A stretch of DNA of 64,000 nt from positions 186,001 through 250,000 of the forward strand of contig MU008159.1 in assembly GCA_010909165.1 (NCBI GenBank), read 5' to 3'. The notes under the pieces are model-generated. The model saw only the letters and a program-made list of their open reading frames with translations. It ran no database searches and was not told the origin of the DNA. Shown here piece after piece: positions 38,801-51,296 of the stretch (position 1 is the first letter of the stretch; every line of letters begins with the position of its first letter). A program made the position numbers and the translations under genes. This stretch comes from Anthoceros angustus (lineage: Eukaryota > Plantae > Anthocerotophyta).

Positions 38801-40431
38801 CCACTTTAATCCAATAGACTCCTCAGTAACCCTGCACCAGGAACATTTTATCAGGCAGATACTAACCAAGTTCAAGTTAGAAGATATAAATCCAGTTGCT
38901 ACACCTGTTGCTGCAGGTGAGAAATTATCTTTATAGGACTGTCCAATCACTGCTGAAGAGAAACAGGAAATGTTGGGCATACCTTATCGTGAGGTGGTCG
39001 GTAGCCTCCTCTACTTAGCAGGATGGACACAACCTGATATATCACAAGCAACAAGGATTGTATCAAGATATCTATCTAATCCGGGCAAACGTCATTGGGT
39101 AGCTGTTAAAAGAATCCTACGCTATCTCAAAGGGACCAGATACTTATGCTTAAAATACACCAAGGCCACAGATTTTATCCTAACCTGCTACTCGGATGCA
39201 GATTGGGCAGGCGATGTTGATGGTCAAATCAATTGCAGCTTACAGCACTTTGCTCTGTCGATCAGCAGTAAGTTAGCAGAGTAAGAAGCTTTCTACCATT
39301 AGCCTTTCCTCCACGGAAGCAGAATATAGCGCCCTATCACTCGCAGCAAGAGAAATCAGCTGGTTAAGACAGTTTCTTAGCGAGATCCATGTCCAGCAAA
39401 AGACTCCTACTACTCTCCAATGTGACAACCAATCGGCCATTGCTCTGTTAGCTAACCCTATTCTACATGCCAGATCAAAACATATAGAAATCCAGTTTCA
39501 CTATATAAGACAAGCAGTTGAGCAAAAGGTGATCAAGCTAGTTTATGTACTCATTGCCCAGAACGTGGCAGATCTCCTGACAAAAGGCCTTTCAAAAGTC
39601 TTACATGAGCAGCACAGAAAGTCAATGGGACTGTATCTGCAGGACACTCAACTCACAGACAGCGGTGAAACAGCAGGCTAGCATGCTTCTTGCCGAGCAC
39701 AGTGTGGGCACAAACACAACCTCTTATATAATTTGACATTCAAGTATTGCGTCCCTGCCACCTGCAGACCCAGCACACATGTTAGACACGGCCATAGGAG
39801 AGACCAGCACACATGTTAGACACGGCCACAAGAGAGACCAGCACACTGGACAAGGCCACAAGACTGATTCATCACAGGACGCACCTGCAGCACCCTGGAG
39901 GAAGCTCAACTACGATCTAATCAGCGTGCAGCAGCGACAAATCCTCACCAATCCTTAAATTCCTTCTTCACAGCAGCGATGCCACACATGCAGTTTGATC
40001 AAGGCGTGCAGCTCCATGCCTCTCACGGGCAGACTCAAGCGAGTCGTATAGGGCTGTGCCTCCTCTTTTGCGCTGCAGGCAACAGCATCGGGCTGCGCCC
40101 ACCTTCACCACGATTTGATTCAGCGTGGCAGCCATGTGATGTGGTGCGCCTGACCAGATCGGATCACACACCGGGAGCGGCGGCGGATCGGGCGGTGGGG
40201 CGGATCGGCGCTCGTGTTGCGCTGCGGCCTTGCGATGGCGCTCACCATCTCGCGCCCGGCTTGCATTTTTCGCGGCCATCCACGAGCGGTCGAGTTTTCG
40301 CGGCCTCACTCATCGAGTGGATAAGGCACGCGAATTCGACCGCGAAATTTCGCCTTATCTGTTTTTTTTACCACCCTTGCGGTTTACCTAGGATCATTAT
40401 TATAATTACCAAGGTTAGGACTGAGAGGGGG

Positions 40432-40684
40432 TATTAAATAATAGGTTTATTATTATGAGTCCAACCCTAACTTAATAATTATAAATAGGTTTAGAGGTGA
40501 AGTTGAAACGTTATTCTTAAACGTCATTAAGTTTAGGTCTTGTAGTTTCATTTTAGGGTTTCAATTCGGTTACGACTGTTCACACACTTTCTTGTACCTT
40601 TTCCAACCTCTCCATAATTCATTCTCTTATGTGCTAAGAACTGCGTAATCTTCCAGGCTGTGATCATGTTACCATAACTTTTTA
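40432..40684 (+). repeat. 3' LTR (253 bp)
   Basis: Follows the PPT, carries extra accctaact relative to the 5' LTR and is followed by TSD catac. Confidence 0.95.
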
Positions 40685-42470
40685 CATACATATCGCTTCC
40701 TCTAACAACTATTAGTAATAATCCTTTTACTTTCTTAATTATGAAGAAGTCTCCACAAAACTCACATGTGGGTATATTTTTCGAATAGAATCTGCTTATG
40801 GAGTTAACTCTAAAATTTGACCAAATGGTTTTCTTTGGTAATTACTAGTATTACCACTTTCCTATCATTAGCTGCAATCTTACAAACTTCTACCAAGTCC
40901 GTGGAAAATTGTGCTTTGCATTGATCTTCTGCTATTAATTCCTTTATAATTTCTAAATTTTTATTGACCAAGAAAACTCTTGATCTCCATCATGTGTCAC
41001 CAGCGATGATTCAGCATATTGATTATCTTTTGAAGGTTTTGCTTTGTCTTTACTGCTTAATATTTGAATCTCTCTTAATAACGTATTAGTCTTCCCTCCA
41101 AACATAGACCTTCTGATGAGATGTATGCTTCATGATGTTTCTTCATCCATCAAGGTATGTCATACCACATACAGCATTTGCATATTGCATCCACCATTTC
41201 AATTCGTTTGAAAGTAGAAAAACGATTAACAAGCTAAGTTTTGTTCTAAGTTTATCTTATAAACCGATTTTAGACTCTAATTAAGCACAATTCAATTCAC
41301 AAAACCAACAAAAAACAATGATTCAATTGATAAGTTCCTACTTATGATCTTTCATTAAATTGGAATTACAGGTCTGAGAGTTTCCACACAAGATTGAGTT
41401 TCCACACAAGATTGTTTTGCATGCAAACTAAGAATATTTTCCCTTATTTATTATTTTTAAAAAATCATTATTGTCTTACCCCCAAACATGGGTCCCAATT
41501 GTAAGATACTAAGTATAAATCCATAATTCTCATCATCATTCAGAACGAGTAATCTGCATTTAGTCAAGCTTCATGCTAGTTTAATATTGATTAACTTAGT
41601 TAAGGTTACTCTATTTGATTAATTAATTAATTGGTGCTAGGGCATAGGTGGTCATTTGAGGTGGTTATATAACCTCTTCATATGATTTAGACATTATCAA
41701 TTGTACTTGTCAATACGTTCTTCTTAATTCAACATATAGTAATCAATGATGAGATAATTGATTGGTGGTATGCCTCAAGTTATCCATATCTTGACAAACT
41801 ACATCATAAGTTGTCATCTTATAAATTGATGTTGATATTACAAGACATCGTCAACAAACTCTCGATATTTCAACGATCACAACAAAAGAGTCTTAATTCA
41901 ATTGATAAATGTGAGCTAAATAATTTGCATTAAGCTTATAGCAAGGTTTAGAAAAGACATAAATGAAATCATGCGTATGCGTGAGCATTACCACTCTTAT
42001 CCGATGCAACACAATTTCGGATGTTTATCCCTTAAAGATCCACATTTCAAATCTTAAAACTCTTACACCATGACCTCAAAAAACATAAACAATTCAATCA
42101 CTTCTACTTCTAATATCAAAATAAATAAATAATATAATGGAGTCAATGTTTATGCACCACCAATTTAAGCTAAAAAACTAATAATTATGAGCATAAATCT
42201 TTTGAGCATTAAAGTTTATCATTGAAGTTCACAAACCTTAAAACTCTAATACCATGATATTCAAGAACATAATAGTCCAATGAATCCCATATATGTACAC
42301 CACTTGCATACGCCACTTACAATGTCTAGAAGTGATCATTATGCACGTTATTCCCTTATAGATCTATCCTTGAAATTCAGAAACCTTAAAACTCTTACAC
42401 CATGATATTGAAAAAACATAAATAATCCAACAAAATCCGTTTGTATACACAGCCATATGTAATCGGTAAA

Positions 42471-42602
42471 CTTAACAGTTATTTCTTAAAGGTCTTTCAT
42501 TAATATTTGAAACCTTAGAACTCTTACACCATGCTCTTAACAGTTATTTCTTAAAGGTCTTTCATTAATATTTGAAACCTTAGAACTCTTACACCATGCT
42601 CT
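42471..42602. repeat. Exact 65-bp tandem duplication within a degenerate aaactcttacaccatg repeat region
   Basis: cttaacagttatttcttaaagg... at 42471 and 42536. Related motifs lie near 42055, 42240 and 42390. Confidence 0.9.
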
Positions 42603-42790
42603 AAAAGAATAACTGATCTAATGAAATCATTATTCACTAGAAAACATTCTAATGGAATCCATATATGTGCATTATCACTTGTAATTAAAAACTAACAATT
42701 ATGAGTGATACGCTTGGTTTTGTTCTTCAATTGCTCCAAATGCACATCTCACAATGTTCCCGCACCACATAAGAACTACATACATATATA

Positions 42791-42879
42791 ATACACACTT
42801 AAATCAACTGAATCTATAGATTCAGTTGATTTAAGTGTGTATCTATTCAGTTAAAAGAAGATAGATCTTCTTTTAACTG
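42791..42879. repeat. Two adjacent perfect inverted repeats
   Basis: 42791-42842 is a 52-bp loopless palindrome. 42848-42879 is a 15-bp stem with a 2-nt loop. Confidence 0.95.
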
Positions 42880-43292
42880 TCCTTATCTCCAATTTTAACT
42901 TGGTATTATAGTGCAAAGTAGCGCGGGCAACCAGCAAAAAATGTTTAAGGCGCGAGGTTCCAAGACAATATATTTAAAAGGAATTGCAAGAACATGAACT
43001 CAATATCTTCAAGATCCTCCTTATCATGCACCTAGAAATCAACTAGTTACTTAAACATTTAACCCTTAGTCTTTAGGCACAACCTTGCAACACGTTTTCT
43101 TCGAGCTTAGGTTGTCCAAGGAAGATTGTTTCCATGATTAGCAAAATAGTTTTCCCGTTTAGAACGCTTGTATGACCAAAACCACATGATAGTTTTGAAA
43201 ATCGGTTTCTCATAGGCACATGCTCCAAACTAGTAACCTCATCTCACCTTGGCAGTGCTACTCCTGTTTCGGTACTTATACTTGTTGCTACC

Positions 43293-43625
43293 ATAGTTGA
43301 TAGCTATCTTGATTGCATCCACTAGTGTTTTGCGATTTGTTTGGTCGATTGTCTGCATGTCGTTCATACTTCAACCCACCTATGAACTTTTTAGTTTTCA
43401 GCTCATCTAACCTTGACATGTCCATTATCAGTTGCAGGAACTTGTCACAATATTGCTGCATAGTCCTACATTGTTGAATCTTTCAGAATTAGTGATACAG
43501 CTCTCTCCAATGGTTTACAGACAGGAAATGCTCAAAGAAGATTTGATGTAAAGAGAGCCATGTGGAATTGGAGGTTAGCTAGAGGTCCGTTGAAATTGTC
43601 CTTTTATCCAGCTCCTCGCTAGGAA
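43293..43625 (-). mobile_element. Ty3/Gypsy gag relic
   Basis: STWLSLHQIFFEHF...KIQQCRTMQQYCDKFLQL...KFIGGLKYE, then after a frameshift KTLVDAIKIA. This fits the retrotrans_gag pattern W..F..F...Q..V.EY...F..L...F..GL...TL..A..A. Confidence 0.6.
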
Positions 43626-45816
43626 AACTAATAATCGCAATCTTGATTAATTATTGCTAGGCATTGAATAGAGCATGATATGAGGACTAGAGAGGGCTGT
43701 TTGCCCTTAAACTTAATATGTTTCATCACTCTCACTTATCTGACATAGTAATTCTTTCTTTTCTCAAAATTCTGACATTGAAGTCAATTGACACCCCTCC
43801 TACGATGACATCTAGCACCAGGTCTTGTGTTGTCAGGCTTGAAATGGTGAGAAAACTTTAAGAGATTGTTTTTTATAAGAAATGTGTCAGGAAGCACAGC
43901 CTACAAAGCGCTCTTCCCAACCACGAGATGAGCGTGGTAGATTTGCTGCTACTGCATAGTCGAGAAGACTTATCAGCGATGTTCTTTCCCTCAACACGTA
44001 GCGAAGAGAAGCCAATTAACCCTTATGTGCATTTTAGCTATCAAAGAGAAGTAGCCAAGGCCGACAAAGTGTGCAGTGATGAAGTAGCCAAGGTCGACAA
44101 AGTGTGCAGTGAAGACGTAAAGAAGGCCTTGTGGAAGTATAACTTCCCAACATATTAGATTGGGTTGCCTGGCTCGTGCACTACCTGATTTAATGGAGGG
44201 TGGATAATTCTCTTTAGTGGGCACTTACAATACCTTGAACTCAACTTGATTTACGGTTTGCCCAATAAAGTGATGTTGGATTTCTATATGTTTGCTCCTT
44301 GCATGAAAGATAAGATTTCTTGATAGCGCAATGGCAAATTGATGGTCGCTTAGAAATTTTTTCGAGAAGAAAATGCTCAAATTAATAAAACAACAATGGG
44401 TCACTACATGAGTTAAGCTTTGCCTACTTATGTATCAAAAGTACTTACTTATCGATGACCAACCATATTTCTATGACACCATATTAATTTTTAATATAAA
44501 TAATTATGATATCAAATAGATGATGCATTGAAAAAATGGTTGAAGTCAATTTGTAAGTCTCGATCCAGCAGACGAGAGGCGGAAGGTCGAAATTGTCGTG
44601 CGTTTAAGAGAGCCTACCTGTCGCGGGCTCGTGTTCTTGTACACCCACGGCTACGACCTGGTTTGACCCTAGATTCTTAACCATAAGTATGCTTAATTGG
44701 TCTAGTTGGTAGCTAAGTTAGTGTCATCTGGGTTAGTTTAATTTCTTATCAATCTAACCTTGGTTGGCCTATCTATATATATCTACCAGCTTCCTAGCGC
44801 GCGTTCTAGCCTGCTCGTTGCTGCATCTTCCACTCCTAGCTTGCAGTCCGTCTAGCTACTGATCACATAGCTAGCATCTACCATCAAGCCGGCTTGTCTA
44901 GCTTGTCCGCTCACAGTGTGCATGCATCTGACAATGACACAATTGACAAAAAAAGACAGCCAATTGTAGGAAAAAACAATAGGTCTGAACAGATCGCGGT
45001 GTGACAACCGTAAAGGACGAGCTTAGCACAGAGCTTGATGGACATGGCCTGAGCCATCTAATCCATGGCCAGAAGGAGTAGCCACCGACAGCGGAGTTGC
45101 AGCAAGCAATAGGCCTAGCTAAGATAGTCAGGTTAATCATAGTTAGCCTAACCCAGGACAACTACCACATCAATGGCAAACTGAACGGTAACAAACGTCC
45201 TTACAAATGTTTTTAGGAGCTTCTAGGTATTCAATGTTTATCGAACAATTTTGCTACTCATGTTCACAATGTTCAAGCTTTGATGATAGCGGAACACTTG
45301 TCCCTACAAAGGATAATATGAGTATGGGTTGCAAAAGAGCTTATCCACTCTATCATGAGGCTAAGAACTTTCATATGCTAAATCATAAAAAATTGTTTAT
45401 TGAGGAAGCTCATCCTAACCTAGTGGGAGAATTTATTACGAGGAATGAGAGCTAGTTCCATGGTAAAAATGATAGAAAAAATCATTGTATCTCATCAGCT
45501 AGTGATTACCACAAAAAGAAAAAGAAAAACATTGAGTTCAGAAAACTAAAAAAGAAGCTGAAAAAAATTGCTTTTACAATTTACAATGGGATATGTCAGT
45601 TGATGAGCACTTTAGTGGTTTTTTTCTCTCCATTAATAGTTTCACGAGTTTTAAATAGTGCCGCACACATATTTATATTGAGTTTCCACAAAAAAATATA
45701 TTTGAGTTCATACATCTAAATTTAAGTATTCAAGTCATGTATTTCAATGATAACTCCTCAAGGGAATGTTCAATATGGCTAATTTTTTGAAATTGAAGGT
45801 AGTAAAACATATAATA

Positions 45817-46735
45817 AGGTGCGAGTGCAAGGTTTGGTCTCCCTCTGGCATTGTGCCTTTTCTTCGGTATCCGTAGGGGGATATTGCTTTTCCGCTGGGG
45901 CTTCGGGTTCTTGGTGTCCCGGTTGGGCATCCTACCTTCATCCAGGATTATGTGGACGCAGCTTTGGCTGAGGATTTGGCGCACATCGATGACCTTTCTT
46001 AACTGGCAGACCCGCAAGTGGCGTTTGGGATCCCCTCCTTCTGTTTTGCACGCCGGCCAGGGTACGTTCTCCGAACAGTTGCCCGTTCCCTGGTTTTCTG
46101 GTTTAGCATAAGGAATTTTGACAAGCGGCTTATGCAGGTTTTAGGCAACATCATCGGCCGAGGATCTTGCAAAGCAGCAGGCGTTCCTTCCCATTGCTTT
46201 TGGGGGCACTGTTTTCTAGCACACGAAGACCTCCGCACTAGCAGCTTTCTTTGGGAGCTGGGCTCTCTCTGCCCCCATCTTGTCCTCCCTTTTCTTAATT
46301 CGGCATTCACATATCCAGGAGGCTTTTGTCGCATGTGTTGAGGAGGGGACTTTTCCCATGCAGGCCTCGCTAAGATTAGCCAGGGACTCTTTATCCTTCG
46401 AAGCGAGGGCTGCCATGCCGTCTTTTTCCTCACTTGCCGAAGTTGGCCTCCGGGGGCTTCAGGCGTCCCTCCTGGAGAAATAGTACGGGCAGGCGCAGTT
46501 GGCCCTCCTTCGGGATTCTTCCATTCTTAAGCCCACTCGGGCTCGTTTCCGCCTGCTCGGGAAGGCGGGTTCACGGCTTGGCTCGACCCAAGATTCGGCA
46601 TTACGCATCTCACCAAAGAACTTTTTCCACTGCCAAGCGTTTTCACCTGTGAAACGATTGACGACGAGCAGGCCACTCACGTCATGTACTACACACCCTT
46701 AGATCCGATGCCGCCATGACCAGGCCGCAGGAACC
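45817..46735 (+). mobile_element. CRE-clade-like non-LTR retrotransposon relic (RT thumb to CCHC/RHD of a REL domain)
   Basis: CKVWSP...GLRVLGVPVGHPTFIQDYV...L*LADPQVAFGI..FC..RRPGYVLRT, and later CETIDDEQATHV-(frameshift)-C..RCRHD (46712-46720). Multiple stops and frameshifts. Confidence 0.6.
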
Positions 46736-47319
46736 CTATAAAGTACACGTATTTCTCCTTGTATGTATATCAGCTGATACTGGGTATAAAGGGATAAATA
46801 ACTAAATAGGAAAATAGATCAATAACTCAATAGGAGAGTAGATCAATAACTCAATAGAAAAATAGATAAATAACCCTAAATAGCGGAAAACAAGATAGAT
46901 TGACAACGAAAAGCCGTTGTGCCGGTAAAATCCCGAGATAAGACGGGCACATAACGCGAATACCCCAAGAAACGGAGAAGCTAGACGGACAGATGCGGCC
47001 ATCTTGGCCCTGCCCACACACATGTATTTGTATCCATTCCGAACATGAGAAAAACGTTCATTCTCTGAAGCTGGAACTCGATAATTAATTAACGCCGAAT
47101 CACCCCTTGGAGTACGGTATTATTGGTATTTTCTCTAGTGAGTGCCCTTTATTAGTCATTACTGGTATTTTCTCTTGATTAAAAAAAGATTGCAAAGAAG
47201 ATTTTCTCTCTCGATGTGTTGGCTACCACCGAGGACAATGATCGCCATGGTGGGGGAGAAAGTGAGACATTTCTTCTCCATGGTGGAGGAGAATTATCTG
47301 CACATTCTCCCATGTATGC

Positions 47320-47810
47320 AAGTAATAAATTAGCTTGAATTTAATTTAACAAATTAACAAGTAAGTGGTAGTAAAACTTTGGTTAAGACTTAAGAAAATT
47401 AGCTTGCTTGAATGAGCTTGGATTCAAATTATTAATTTAATAGGTTAGTGGTTGTAAGAATTTGCTTAGGTCGTTAGAAAATTAGCTTGCTTATTATCCT
47501 GGATCTAAGTTAACAAGTTAATTAGTTAGTGATAGTAAGGATTTGCTTAAGACTTAAGAAAATCAGCTTGCTTAAATTAGCTTGGATCTAAATCAATAAA
47601 TTTAGAGATGGGTGGTGGCAAGGCTTTGCTTAAGGCTTAAGAAAATTAGCTTGATTGAATTAGCTTGGATCTAAATTAATAAGTTTAGAGATTGGTGGTG
47701 GCAAGGGTTTGCTTAGGGCTTAAGATAATTAGCTTGCTTAAATCTAAGTTAATAAGTTAAGAGGTTAGTGGTAGTAAGGTTTTGATAAGAACTTAAGAAA
47801 ATACTTAGTA
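47320..47810. repeat. Degenerate ~82-bp AT-rich tandem repeat x~6
   Basis: aaaattagcttg anchors near 47395, 47478, 47560, 47642 and 47725, with shared ggatctaa and tttgcttaag.cttaag blocks. Confidence 0.85.
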
Positions 47811-49016
47811 TTTAAGAAGTTTATTACTCAGAGGTGAAATATATCTATTAGGCTAATCTAAGTGAGACATATTCTAGCACTTTGTGCCACCTTGTTGTTA
47901 GAATGAGGTGCTTACAATGTTTTAGAAACAGGTGCACAAGATGTTTTGAAGAGGAGATCGAAGAATTGGAGCTTGATACGTACACGATCAATATGCCTAC
48001 ATATACATGGTCAGCAGTTTGATCTTCCTTGTACTGTTTTTGTTTTACTTGAATAACAATGCTGTGCTGTCCACAAGTCATCCATGGATGGACTCCGGGC
48101 TACTTGAAAGCTTAGTGCCGGTATGTTGGTATGTGTTCCATACATGAAGGGTTGGAGGCTTGCTACCGGTACGGTGGTATGTGTTCTGATATATGAAGTA
48201 TTGTAAAACTATGTTCCTTAAAGTTCCCTACATGTTCCGATACATGAAGGGTTGTAAAACTATGCTCCCTGAAGTTCCCTTACATACCTAGTGAGGTTGA
48301 GGGTTGCAAAACTATGTTCCCTAAAGTTCCCTATGTGCAGACCTAGTGAGGTAGTAGCCGTGCTCCCATCCAGTGAGCAGGTTGCAAACCACCAAGATGG
48401 GCGATGGGTGGTAGATAGTCTACATTATGTCGCGTCCCTGCATGGCAACACGGAGGCGAGCGAGGAGGGTTGGCAGCAGAAGGTACTTTGGAGGACATTC
48501 TAAGCTCACCATTGATGAGGAACGGGGACGGGCCACATGGCAGAAGGGGCCCCGGGACTCCGACAGGGCCCGTGCATCGGCGCGTTTACGCCGAGCCTGC
48601 TCCCGCCGCTGCCTCTCGTCATTTATGTCAGTGTCACGTTGATGTCGGATGCTGGAGCTTTTATTACCGTCAGAGATGAGGCCCCCGAGCTCCGCTTCCC
48701 TTCTCTTCTCGCAGATTCCCTCATCAGCCTCCGAGCCCTGCCTCTGGAGCAGCGACCATGCCGACGCTTTATCCTCTTGGCAAACCGCGCAACTTGCGCG
48801 TCTCTCTACACCTGCCTCCCATCCTTTTCCATGTCACTGATGCCGCCGATCTTCCGACTGAATCCTCACTAATTGTTTAATCTTTGCGGCGTTGCATAAA
48901 AGACAGCCCCGCTGCACTCCTCCGTCACCCGCTGCCTTGCTCCTCTCCTGTGCCATCGCTCCCGCGCCTGCCTGACTTCTGCGGAGTTCGCGTTCTTGAA
49001 TTTCTCTGCAGCTGCC

Positions 49017-50350
49017 ATGGCGTGAGTGAAACTCCGCTCCAGCTCGTGCTTGTGATTGCCTTGTGCCCCTGCCCCTGCCGCGCGTGCTGCCCTTGCTTGA
49101 TTCTTGATGCTCGTTCTCCATCGGATCTTGGTTCGCATCCGCCGCTGTGATGTTGGAAAGGGGAGAGGATGCCATGGCCATTTTTGACATCCCAAGTGCT
49201 TGCTTTTTCTGTCCAGGACCCGGAGAATTTGTGAGGTTTTGGCAATCGGGTTTGTCTTGCTCGCAATTTGCCGTGGCGCGAGCGGGCAGACGAGTTGGAC
49301 CACCGGCGCCACAGCCACGTATTACGGCGGGTCAGATGCATCAGCCACAAATGGTGAGCGGACAATTTTTCTTTCATAGCTGCCGGACGATGGACTTCTT
49401 CCCCCGGGATGCGATGCAATTGCGCATGCGCAGCCGTGCTGTAGCTAGGATTACGTGTTGAGACTTTGCGGCAATGGTTCTTGATATAATGTTCGCTGCT
49501 GTACTCAGACTGTCGGAGTCCGACTGCTGTGGTTTCTTTTGCATCGAAATCGGGGCATTCTTGAATCTTTCCCTGATTGTGGCATTCCCGGCTGTTGAAA
49601 TTCGCATCGTGTAGGAGGAGCGTGTGGCTATGGGAATCAGCTTGCTCTCTACGGTACAATCACAACCGCGCTGAGCAGCGCATTTTTCCAAAACGGTGCC
49701 ACCTGTGGAGCCTGCTACGAGATACAGTGCACCGGCTCTAGCTACTGCTACAGCGGGAAGACGGTCAGGGTCACTGCCACAAACCTCTGCCCCGACGGGA
49801 GCTACGGAGGCTGGTGTGACGGGAGCAAGAAGCACTTCGACCTCTCGCAACCGGCCTTTACGCAAGTCGCACAACAAGTCGTTGGCCATTTCGCAGCGCA
49901 GTACCGCAGGTGAAGTGAAGTCCCCCCTTGTCCTGCCTTCTCTTGAATCTTGCGGTGTTTTCGTGTATTCCCGGTTTTGGAGAGGCACGCAGGCTGTGAT
50001 ATCGATGCTCACATGTGTATATCGTTCTTCTTGATCAATTCAGAGTCCCGTGCACGAGGTCGGGCGGTGTTCGATTCACCATCAATGGCAACGCTTACTA
50101 CAATCTGGTGCTCATCCAAAACGTGGCGGGCGCTGGTGACGTGACGGCAGTGTCCATTAAAGGCTCCAACACCGGCTGGTTGAGTATGTCGAGGAACTGG
50201 GGAGAGAACTGGGAATGTGACACCAGGCTCGTGGGACAGGCGCTGTCATTCCAAGTCACTCTCAGCGACGGCACAACGAGGACATTCAACAACATAGCGG
50301 CATCGAATTGGGCATTCGGCAGCACGTATTCGTCATCGGTCCAATTCTAG
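49017..50350 (+). CDS. EXPA: Alpha-expansin #6, short-loop type (inferred exons 49017-49021, 49217-49353, 49615-49909, 50044-50350)
   Basis: ATG GC|gtgagt...tccag|G ACC gives the signal [25 protein letters not shown]; [55 protein letters not shown] and RNWGENW. The first micro-exon is inferred. Confidence 0.9.
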
Positions 50351-51296
50351 GCCATTCTCCAGATCCTCGCAAGCTGTGGCGTGCAAGGTAGCAGCCCGCT
50401 TATTACTCCACCGTCCCAGCCAAACACCCAGATAGGCAGAAATTTTGTCTTAGAGTTCATTGTAGCTTAAGTCTAGGAGATCATGATCGGCAGAGGCGAA
50501 GCTGCTACAGCCGCCCTTACTACTTGAGGCGGGCAAGAGAGGTGAGCGATCCGTCACCCCTGCCACGCTTACTTTAAAGATAGAACAAGCTTGTTGCCAC
50601 TAATTTTTGGTAGTCTGCCGATGGGCGGTTTGGCATAGTTTCACTAAGAAATTCAAAGTTTTGAAGTGAAAACAGACCGGCGTTCAAACTGCTCGTGCCT
50701 AATACCCAGATTCTGGACGAAGGTGCGACATAGCACAGACTTGGTGTGGTCCCTTGCTTGATCAATTGTCCGCAAGGCTACTAGTAAAAGGCCTGCTCAT
50801 AAGCGACAGAATGGCAGAGGGCTATGTCAGATTTTACCTCATAGCCACGAGCTACAGCACATTTGTTGATTGATGCGCGCGCACTGTGTGATGTGATATA
50901 TTACAGAAGAGTGATGTTATGTCATGGAGTTGCGTTCGTTGCCGGTTATGCCCAGCAAGACGAGCATGGGGTGTTTGGTCTCCGTTCCACCGAAGAGAAA
51001 GATGGGTGCTCATATATCCCATACTGCCGAGGGAACGCACTGCCAAGGCAGGCTTTTAATATCAGATGTATAAAGGGCCAGTCTCAGATATCTCCTCAGT
51101 AGAAAATGGAAACGCTTTGTCTATTTTAAGTAGTTTCAAATACGCAGATATGTGTAATTCTTGCTCCGATTCCACCGGCTCAGGTTGCCCGATTCTTGCT
51201 CCATCCATGTATGGACCCAAAAGTAGCTTTGCATAGAACTCGCTGTCCATACAACTCAGTAACGAAGGGGACGCGGATGCGGAGGTGCCCGTGTAA

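Larger units (their letters stand above)
35617..40684 (+). mobile_element. Structurally complete but ORF-degraded Ty1/Copia LTR retrotransposon with TA...TA termini
   Basis: LTRs 35617-35860 and 40432-40684; TSD catac (35612-35616, 40685-40689); PBS tggtatcagagc at 35861; PPT gagaggggg at 40423-40431. Broken ORFs show pre-integrase LWHSRLCHPS, integrase VHSNICGP, RT YGLKQSAR and LYVDDN, and RNase H YSDADWAGD. Confidence 0.95.

Noticed and set aside
41130-41200. AICKCCMWYDIP on the minus strand as a MULE SWIM finger
   Set aside because: The match is too short and degenerate, with no flanking transposase motifs.
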